Assembly: GCA_036338595.1 (NCBI GenBank)
Contig: JAYZBV010000104.1
Coordinates: forward strand, 1 to 37,598
Source: Planctomycetota bacterium
Lineage (GTDB): Bacteria > Planctomycetota > UBA8108 > UBA1146
Reading direction: 5' to 3'
Length of the DNA: 37,598 nucleotides
Shown here one piece after another: positions 1 to 6,808 of the stretch; within the stretch, counting starts at the first letter, position 1; every line of letters starts with the position of its first letter. A program made the position numbers and the translations under genes. Below the pieces are notes generated by a model, which worked only from the letters and a program-made list of their open reading frames with translations, did no database searches and was not told where the DNA came from.

Positions 1-555
1 GACCTGTTCGCCCGATCCAGCACCACGGAAGCGGAACCGATCCGTGTCCGAGGGCTTCATTCGATCGAGGGTGAGGTCGACGCGCTGCATCGACTCAATC
101 AGGACCATGTGCCGCAACTCGGCGGACTCGATCGGACCGACTTCGAGGCGCTGCTACGCTGTGCATCGCTGGTGCGGGTGGTCGATGGGGCGAGACCAGA
201 CGATACAGCGGTGGCGCGGCCACCGGCGGCGATGATGGTCGCGATGCGCCGCGATGACGATTACAACAGCCCCAACTTCCTGTGGTTTCGAGAAGGGTTC
301 GACAACTTCGCCTATGTCGATCGCATCGCCACCGCCGCAGCCGCCAGGCGAAGCGGTGCCGGATCAGCGCTGTACGCGGTACTGGAGGCGTGGGCGAGAA
401 GATACGAGATGACCTCCATCGTGTGCGAGGTCAACCTGCAGCCGCGCAACCAGGGCAGTCTCGATTTCCACAACGCCTGCGGCTTCCGCGAGGTGGGCCA
501 GAAACTGAGCCACGGCAAACCGGTGGCGATGATGCAGAAGCTGCTGGCACACTAG
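1..555 (+). CDS. GNAT-family N-acetyltransferase (COG3818-like), 5'-truncated by the window edge
   Basis: Frame 1 is open from base 1 (DLFARSSTTEAEPIRVRGLHSIEGEVDALHRLNQDHVPQL...) to TAG at 553-555. Motifs YNSPNFLWF, YVDRIA...RRSGAGSALY (acetyl-CoA motif A) and CEVNLQPRNQGSLDFHNACGFREVG fit this GNAT subfamily. Confidence 0.85.
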   Translation, partial: DLFARSSTTEAEPIRVRGLHSIEGEVDALHRLNQDHVPQLGGLDRTDFEALLRCASLVRVVDGARPDDTAVARPPAAMMVAMRRDDDYNSPNFLWFREGFDNFAYVDRIATAAAARRSGAGSALYAVLEAWARRYEMTSIVCEVNLQPRNQGSLDFHNACGFREVGQKLSHGKPVAMMQKLLAH

Positions 556-599
556 CCAGAACTGCTTCGCGGCTTCCTCCGGAACAAAGTTCGACTTCT

Positions 600-888
600 G
601 ATAAGAAGAAACAGCAGCCAGGGCCCCCCTGATAAGAGAGTACCTCTGCCACGGTGTGACCCGGGTGAATCGGTGCTGTGGATAAGAGGATCTGCCGCGG
701 AACCGGCCGAGTGAGGGAAGATTTGATAAGAATGTGCCCCGGTCGATGTCAGAAGATAAGAGGCACGGATGGTCGAGTCATAAGAAAGATGCTGTGGCGG
801 TATAAGAGCATAAGAGCGCGGACACTCCGTCGATAAGAGCTGCCCCAGAAAAGTTCCTCCAATAAGAGGAGTCTCCTCCAGTAAGAGG
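600..888 (+). repeat. Array of 11 same-orientation short motifs, consensus (G)ATAAGA(G/A), in a convergent intergenic region; candidate ncRNA or protein-binding array
   Basis: ATAAGA starts at 601, 632, 682, 726, 756, 780, 802, 810, 833 and 862, with GTAAGA at 881. Every copy is followed by a purine. Spacing is irregular (8-50 nt). Confidence 0.9.
677..685 (-). promoter_or_regulatory. Perfect DnaA-box sequence (TTATCCACA on the minus strand); function unproven
   Basis: The plus strand reads TGTGGATAA at 677-685 and overlaps motif copy 3 of the array. Confidence 0.3.
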
Positions 889-926
889 GTAAACGAGACT
901 GCGATACCCTGCTCTGGCATGGTTCC

Positions 927-1541
927 TCAACCATCGGACGGTTGCGAATATCCAATCACTCCCTGGCTGACCCTGGCGCCGGCGTTGCCGGTGGGTTGGC
1001 CGCCGTCATCGACCTTGGCGTGGATGATGACCCCTCTTCCGATGATGGGATTGTGAGTGCCGTCGAGGGTCACATTATCGATGGTGATCGAGTAGCTGGC
1101 ATTGCCGTCGGCATCGGCGCTCAGGTTTCCGAGATCTCCGGCGTGACGCATCTCGGTGCTGGGCAGCGCATGATCGTGTCCCTCGGGGTTGTAGTGGCCA
1201 CCCGTGCCCTTGCCATCGTTCTTGCGTAGATCGCCGTACTGATGGATGTGTATGGCGTGATCGCCGGGAGAGAGTCCTGAGATGTTTGCATCGACCTGGA
1301 TGCCACCTTTTGTACCGGTGAAGGTGACGGTGCCCTGGGCCTTGTTGCCGGCAGTGGGAGTCATCACCGCTACCAGGACCCGACCAGCCTGTCGCTGGGC
1401 ATCGACCATGGCCGCCATCTCCTGGGCTTCCTGTTGTGCCATCTGGTCCTGCATAGCATGGTCATTGACGGGAACACACCCTGAAAGAATGCCGCCAAGC
1501 AGTGCCAGGATGGAGATGGTAACCAGTTTCTGGATCGTCAT
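927..1541 (-). CDS. sodC: Cu/Zn superoxide dismutase, lipoprotein
   Basis: Lipobox LSGC. Metal-ligand motifs HAIHIH, GGHYNP, HDHALP, RHAGDLGN and IIH, plus the C-terminal GNAGAR...GVIG. AGGAG ribosome-binding site upstream. Confidence 0.95.
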   Translation of the reverse strand: MTIQKLVTISILALLGGILSGCVPVNDHAMQDQMAQQEAQEMAAMVDAQRQAGRVLVAVMTPTAGNKAQGTVTFTGTKGGIQVDANISGLSPGDHAIHIHQYGDLRKNDGKGTGGHYNPEGHDHALPSTEMRHAGDLGNLSADADGNASYSITIDNVTLDGTHNPIIGRGVIIHAKVDDGGQPTGNAGARVSQGVIGYSQPSDG

Positions 1542-1648
1542 GTGGAATCGCTCCTATCGATGTGGGTTCGCCGACAGCATCGAGTGGTTAAGGGCTCACA
1601 TCCAGTTCCTTGTCGAACTTCTGCTGGATGACCTTTACGATGCCCGGT

Positions 1649-2695
1649 ATGCGCATTCCATCGCTCCTGCTCCTGGTATCGATCGCGCTGGTCGGATTGC
1701 TGGCGTCGAAACCGCTGGAGGATCCTGTTTCGGGACCCAATCGCAGCGACGAGCCACTCATCGACCAGTTTTCCCTGAAACGTGCGGTGTCCTTCGCCGA
1801 TGCCTCGGCACTGCAGTGGGAACAGCAGCGAGATTGTGTCACCTGTCACACCAACGGCCTGTACCTGGTGGCGGCGGCGAGGGTCGCGCCCACCAGTGGC
1901 GAAAATCGTCGCGCTCGTGAGTTTGCCCGCGGCTACCTGAAGCGCTACGTGGTCGAGAAGAAGGAACCATCGGGGCAGCGAGGGGCGGTCGAGGGGCTGG
2001 TCGCGACCACCTGCTTCCTCGCCATCAGCGACATCGGTACCGACGGGAAACTGACCGCCGCAACCCGCACCGCTCTCGATCACATGTGGAGCCTTCAGGA
2101 TGAAGATGGCGGCTGGAGTGCCTGGCTCAAGTGTGGCTGGCCCCCCTTTGAATCGGATGATCACTTCGGCGTGACGCTGGCGGCAGTGACGGCGGGGGTG
2201 CTGCCGCAGTCGTATCGAAAAACCGATGGGGCCGCCGCGGGGATCCAGCGTCTTCGAGGGTGGCTTCGTGACCACCCTCCCCAGAATCTCCACCACAAGG
2301 GCATGATGATGTGGGCTGCGTCCGGACTCGATGGACTGGTCGATGATGAGACGAGACAGAAGTGGAGTCGCGAGCTTCTAGAAGTACAGCGGCCCGATGG
2401 AGGCTGGCGATTGGTCGATGTCGGGGCCGGGAAATGGAAACGGCCTGAAGATGTGTCCGAGAAGTTGACCAGCGATGCGTACGCCACGGCATTTTCCATC
2501 TTTGTACTTCGCCAGGCAGAAATCCCTGTCGATCATCCGCAACTGCAACGAGGGCTACAGTGGTTGCGTAGCCATCAGCGAGAGAGTGGCCGTTGGTTTT
2601 CCCGTTCGCCCCGGCGCGATGGCAAGCACTACATCAGCCACGCTGCGACGATGTTCGCCATCCTGGCGTTCCACAGCTGCGGCGAGGAATCCTGA
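1649..2695 (+). CDS. Exported squalene-hopene-cyclase-like / prenyltransferase-fold (alpha/alpha barrel) protein with a CxxCH motif
   Basis: Signal peptide from ATG 1649 (MRIPSLLLLVSIALVGLLA). QW-type repeats WSLQDEDGGW, LEVQRPDGGW and WLRSHQRESGRW. CVTCH near the N-terminus. Confidence 0.75.
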   Translation: MRIPSLLLLVSIALVGLLASKPLEDPVSGPNRSDEPLIDQFSLKRAVSFADASALQWEQQRDCVTCHTNGLYLVAAARVAPTSGENRRAREFARGYLKRYVVEKKEPSGQRGAVEGLVATTCFLAISDIGTDGKLTAATRTALDHMWSLQDEDGGWSAWLKCGWPPFESDDHFGVTLAAVTAGVLPQSYRKTDGAAAGIQRLRGWLRDHPPQNLHHKGMMMWAASGLDGLVDDETRQKWSRELLEVQRPDGGWRLVDVGAGKWKRPEDVSEKLTSDAYATAFSIFVLRQAEIPVDHPQLQRGLQWLRSHQRESGRWFSRSPRRDGKHYISHAATMFAILAFHSCGEES

Positions 2696-2698
2696 TCA

Positions 2699-3925
2699 TC
2701 ACCTTGCGGTAGCCGATTCGAGGTTGGCGGCGGCGACCGCTTTCTCTAGCATTTCCAGTTCAGGAGTGCCCTGCAGCGCCGAGTTCCCACGGGCGTATTC
2801 GATGATTGAGGTGTGCCTGAAGTAGGTCTCACTCGGATCTCCGCGACGCTGCCTCTTTCGTGTGTCCGTGAACATGGGGCTTGCCCCCGCCTCGAGAAGC
2901 TTGGGGATGATGTCCAGATTGTGCTCGCAGCACTTCCTCACGGCGGCGAGCAGTGGCCGCGACCGTTCATCGCCTTGATTCACATCGGCACCTGCATCGA
3001 GCAGCATCTGGACGATCTCGGATGCGTGTCTGCACCGATGAGCCCCTGAGTCATAGAGGCAAGAGGTGATCATGGAGATGCCTTGCGGATCTGGATCGGC
3101 TCCCAGTTCCAGCAGTAATGAGATCACTTCCGGGGATTTCTTGCGCGAGATGGCAGTTTTCAGTGCATCTGCTCTGGCGACCCCATCGAAAGCGGCCCCC
3201 TGGGAAATCAACCAGCGGATCTTGTCCTGCCATTCCGGATCGAAAGATTCCTTCTTCTCTGGCGGCTTCGGCGGCTCCAGGCCCTTTTCGATGTAAGCGA
3301 GATCGATTTTCGCCCTGGCGACATTGAAGGACTTATCTGCAGCCTTGCTCTTATCCTTGCTTTCAGTGTGCGCCGGTGAATCAGGGGAACCCTTTTCGAT
3401 CAACTGAGTCAGGGGCGAATGCCTTCGCATCTCTGTATCCGATTTTCCGTCCACATCCGCGCCCAGTTCGATCAGAAGATCTCCGGTGATCTTCCAGTTA
3501 GACCCGGGCTTCGCGCGAAGATTCAAATCCAACGGAGTATGACCAAATAGCCACGCGGAATCGAGGTCGGCCCCGGCCTCGGCTGCTGCACGGATGATCG
3601 CAGTCTTGTTCTCGTAAGCCTCCGGCGTGGTCCCGTCAGACATCATCATGAACTGGATGAGGGTCGTGCCGAAGGCGGAGCGCTCCTCGTGATCGATGGG
3701 CATGCCACTGGCAAGAGCCATTTCCAGCCGATCGACCGAAGTGCTGGCCAGCATCCATCGGGCGCTTTTTTCTTTCTTGTCAAGCATGGACCACGGGACT
3801 CGGGCTTTGATGAAATTGAAGATGAAGGGTGAAGCGACCATGAGCAGCACCAGAATTGTCTTCCCGATGCCGGATGACTTCTTCGGCGGGGATTGGCCGT
3901 TTGTTTCCTGAAGGGTGTCGATCAT
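2699..3925 (-). CDS. Membrane-anchored ankyrin-repeat protein
   Basis: N-terminal hydrophobic helix ILVLLMVASPFIF. Ankyrin-like units GHTPLD...LLIELGADVD, LLLELGADPD, MLLDAGADVN...RPLLAAV and LLEAGASP. GAGGAGG ribosome-binding site. Confidence 0.8.
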   Translation of the reverse strand: MIDTLQETNGQSPPKKSSGIGKTILVLLMVASPFIFNFIKARVPWSMLDKKEKSARWMLASTSVDRLEMALASGMPIDHEERSAFGTTLIQFMMMSDGTTPEAYENKTAIIRAAAEAGADLDSAWLFGHTPLDLNLRAKPGSNWKITGDLLIELGADVDGKSDTEMRRHSPLTQLIEKGSPDSPAHTESKDKSKAADKSFNVARAKIDLAYIEKGLEPPKPPEKKESFDPEWQDKIRWLISQGAAFDGVARADALKTAISRKKSPEVISLLLELGADPDPQGISMITSCLYDSGAHRCRHASEIVQMLLDAGADVNQGDERSRPLLAAVRKCCEHNLDIIPKLLEAGASPMFTDTRKRQRRGDPSETYFRHTSIIEYARGNSALQGTPELEMLEKAVAAANLESATAR

Positions 3926-4117
3926 GCTGTCCTCCTCTGCACGGAAAATTGACTCTACTGCTGGAATCCGGAAGAAAGGAGGGTCCGGACCGGCAAGTGT
4001 GGCTAATTATTGCCAATTTGCCCCGGTCAGGAGCAGTGGCTGTCCCTGGTTCGATTTACAAGCCCAGGGGGTATCGCCAGCCTCAGGATGGGGTCAGGAA
4101 TTGAGGACTGAGGCGCC

Positions 4118-5332
4118 TCAACACCCTGCTGCGCGTCTCGCCCAGCGCATCTCGGCGGTGATGCCGTCGACCAGGCGTTTTCGTTGTTCTGATTTCTTCA
4201 CGCCTCGAGTCAGCACCGGCCAGGTGTAGGTTTCGACGGCGATGTGGGGGGCCTGTTCCTGCCGACGCAGCGCTTCCTTCAGCAGTGCCGTGGCTTCCTT
4301 GCGCGTGGTGTGCAATTTGCCGTGACGAGCACCCGACAGTGGCACATGGAAGTGGGTTCTGATCTCCGAGATGGTGGAGAGGTCCTGCTGGCGAATGTCG
4401 GGCAGGTCAGCCAGCCGCACGACATTTCCGTCCTTCATGCGGGCGGCACTCTGGTGCAGGTAGCGCGGCTCGATGTGTTGCAACAGCTCGTCGTAGGCTG
4501 CCGGAGAACGGCCAGGGTTCGGCAATGCGATGGCGCTGGTGATGTGGACCTTGCCGACGATGATTCCGGCGCGGTCGAGGCGGCGCCAGTCCTCCACCGG
4601 TGAGCGAAACAAGACAGCAGAATGACAGGCGTCGAGATTGACGGTCCAGTGACGCCGCAGCAAACCCTCGGCGCGAGAGCGATGACAACCGAGGAGGCGC
4701 GCCAGATCGGGCAAGCGAGGTTGCAGGTGCTGCTTCCAGAAGGCGATCACATCCTCGGCGCATTCAAAGGTAGTATCGGGTTCCGGCTCGGCATTGAGGG
4801 CGATGAAGATGCCGGTCTGCTGGTCGATGCGCGCCAGGTGGGCGACCACCTTCAGGTAGCCGTCCGCCATCTTTTCATGAATCGCAGTGCTGTCGCCGGC
4901 AATTCGGTAGCCACCGCCGAGGGTCGAGATGGTCAGGCGTCTCGCATCGGGAGCCATCCGGACCAGTACATCTGCGATGCGACAGGTCGTATTGGCACGG
5001 GCGACATGGGCCCACGATGGCAGATAGACCTGCTCCTTGACGCGTTTCGCATGAAAATCCTTGAGTGGAAAAGCGTTGACGGTGTAAAGGTGCAGACCGA
5101 GGTCACGCAGATGTTCTCCGACCGACTCTGCGACTCCTTTTCGAGAGAGTTGCCCTGCGAGGCTCTGGCCGATGTGGGGAGCGATGGCAAAGGATTCGCC
5201 GGGACAGACCCTGTCTCGAACCGGAACCACGAAGTCATCGATGGCGGATCGGAGATCACTCACCGTCGAAGCGGGGTGAGCGTTCATCTCGTAACCGAAG
5301 GGGTGACTTCGTGTGCCCTGGGTGATGAACAC
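4118..5332 (-). CDS. eboE: EboE-family xylose-isomerase-like TIM-barrel protein
   Basis: EboE-type motifs YxxNAHP, TVNAFPxxDFHxxRVKEQVYxPSW, EPEP, DACHSAV, EPRYLHQ, RTHFHVPL and VETYTW. Confidence 0.85.
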   Translation of the reverse strand: MFITQGTRSHPFGYEMNAHPASTVSDLRSAIDDFVVPVRDRVCPGESFAIAPHIGQSLAGQLSRKGVAESVGEHLRDLGLHLYTVNAFPLKDFHAKRVKEQVYLPSWAHVARANTTCRIADVLVRMAPDARRLTISTLGGGYRIAGDSTAIHEKMADGYLKVVAHLARIDQQTGIFIALNAEPEPDTTFECAEDVIAFWKQHLQPRLPDLARLLGCHRSRAEGLLRRHWTVNLDACHSAVLFRSPVEDWRRLDRAGIIVGKVHITSAIALPNPGRSPAAYDELLQHIEPRYLHQSAARMKDGNVVRLADLPDIRQQDLSTISEIRTHFHVPLSGARHGKLHTTRKEATALLKEALRRQEQAPHIAVETYTWPVLTRGVKKSEQRKRLVDGITAEMRWARRAAGC

Positions 5333-5337
5333 GGTGG

Positions 5338-6633
5338 CTACGGTGCGCCGGTCTTGGACATGACACTCCCGGAGACTCCCTCGATGGTGCTGTGACTGAG
5401 GGGGGTCCCGTACATCGTCAGGTTGCCCTCGACGCTCTGGACCGTGATCCCCTCACGCCCATCGAAGACAGTGAGGTCGCCGGAAATATAGCGGATCTCG
5501 AGGTTTCCACCTCGACCCCAGACCTCCACGTTTCCTGTCACCTGACCGAGAACGCAATCTCCAGATCCGTCTCGAACCTTCACGGCGCCCTCGAACCCGG
5601 TCACGGTACAGGGTCCACGGCCGCTGGAGATCCCCACGCTTCCCGAGCCGTTGGTCACCTCGATCGATCCTCGCAGACTGGTGATGGAGAGCTTGCCATC
5701 GAATCCGTCGATGGCGATATCGCCGCTGCTGTCCTGGATCTCGAAAGCGAGGCCAGAATCACTACCGCCGGGGATGGAGACGGTGACATCGACCTCGCAC
5801 TCCTCTCCATCCTCGAGCCGCGGGTCGATGACCCGAACTCTGGCTCTTCCCGGTGCGGTGCGGTCGATGGAGATGCGGACCTCGGATTCAATTTGTTTCT
5901 GGCGTGCCAATCCAGTGCCACGACAGACCACATCGGCGCGGATGACGATGTCGTTCATCGAACCGGACTCTTCGACGGAGATGGATCCGGGGCCGCTCAT
6001 GAGGATCAGGGTGTCGATTCCTTCAGGAGCGAGGATCTCGGTGAGTAGCGACTCCTCTTCCACCGCTGGATCCGGGTCCTGTCGCGTGACCGGGATCACT
6101 TCGACGGGAAGTGAGGTCACCTCTGCGGCATCGATGGGTGTTACTTCCTCTGTTGTGGCGCTGGTGACCGGTGCAGTGGTCACGGGCTCGGCCGGATCCG
6201 TGAATCCGAACTCCGACACATCGATCTCTGTACCTTCGGACTCGATCGCGTCGACCTCGACGACCTCGATCTCCACGACTTCCGGCTCGTGGATGGGTGC
6301 TTCCACGACCGGCTCATCTGCCGCTTCGGTCACCTCGATCGTCACCTCCTCCGTGTCGGTCGAGATGGGGTTCAAATCGACGATCCGTAGCAGCGAAGTG
6401 CCGGAATCGGGTCCGGAGGAGTGATCCACCTCGACCGCATCGTCTCGTGCGAAGGAGGGGGCAATCCCGGATGCCAGTTCCATCGGGGGCCATTGCACAT
6501 CGGAGGCAACGGTCGGGGTGACAGTCGGCCGCTCGGGGGGACCTCCACAACCGACAATGACCAGAGTCAGGGCGTAAACAAGCAGCGAGATCAGCACCAC
6601 GATGCCGGGACGGGCAGACACAAGGACCATCAT
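5338..6633 (-). CDS. Lipoprotein with an acidic Glu/Thr/Pro-rich linker and a C-terminal DUF4097/adhesin-like beta-repeat domain
   Basis: Hydrophobic N-terminus ending in IVGC. Low-complexity acidic middle region. Repeats SSGDIAIDGFDGKLSITSLRGSIEV, GSGDCVLGQVTGNVEV and GGNLEIRYISGDLTV. Confidence 0.7.
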   Translation of the reverse strand: MMVLVSARPGIVVLISLLVYALTLVIVGCGGPPERPTVTPTVASDVQWPPMELASGIAPSFARDDAVEVDHSSGPDSGTSLLRIVDLNPISTDTEEVTIEVTEAADEPVVEAPIHEPEVVEIEVVEVDAIESEGTEIDVSEFGFTDPAEPVTTAPVTSATTEEVTPIDAAEVTSLPVEVIPVTRQDPDPAVEEESLLTEILAPEGIDTLILMSGPGSISVEESGSMNDIVIRADVVCRGTGLARQKQIESEVRISIDRTAPGRARVRVIDPRLEDGEECEVDVTVSIPGGSDSGLAFEIQDSSGDIAIDGFDGKLSITSLRGSIEVTNGSGSVGISSGRGPCTVTGFEGAVKVRDGSGDCVLGQVTGNVEVWGRGGNLEIRYISGDLTVFDGREGITVQSVEGNLTMYGTPLSHSTIEGVSGSVMSKTGAP

Positions 6634-6665
6634 CTTCTCTCCTCACTTCTTGGTAGCAGTCCGGT

Positions 6666-6674
6666 AGTGTAGCA
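6666..6674 (-). promoter_or_regulatory. Putative extended -10 element (TGCTACACT) for the lipoprotein-eboE unit
   Basis: TGnTAnnnT pattern about 33 nt upstream of the ATG at 6633, followed by a GAGGAG ribosome-binding site. Confidence 0.35.
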
Positions 6675-6808
6675 CGGTGCCGGGACAGGTGGGTGCAGGA
6701 AGAGGGGGAGTTCTGATCGGCGAGGTTACCGGTCATGAGATGTTCATCGCTGGCCTTGCTCGAAGCGGTGACTTGGGCGACGATGAGTTCACCTCGGAAG
6801 GGGGGGGA

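Noticed and set aside
600..888. CRISPR array interpretation of the ATAAGA repeats
   Set aside because: The conserved unit is only 6-8 nt, spacing is irregular (8-50 nt) and no cas genes are present in the window.
600..888. TRAP-like binding site (11 repeats, with Trp metabolism genes in the window)
   Set aside because: TRAP needs (G/U)AG triplets separated by about 2 nt. The spacing here is far larger and the kyn operon is about 29 kb away.
552..920. 122-aa minus-strand ORF spanning the array, starting just after the sodC stop with a GAGGA-like sequence
   Set aside because: It has no recognisable domain, the SD-like word is only about 3 nt from the ATG, and the hexamer falls in all three phases, so coding does not explain it. 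Not annotated as a CDS, but not formally excluded.
1649..2695. Calling this gene shc (hopanoid synthesis)
   Set aside because: It is about half the expected length, has a signal peptide, lacks DXDD, and has no hpn genes nearby.
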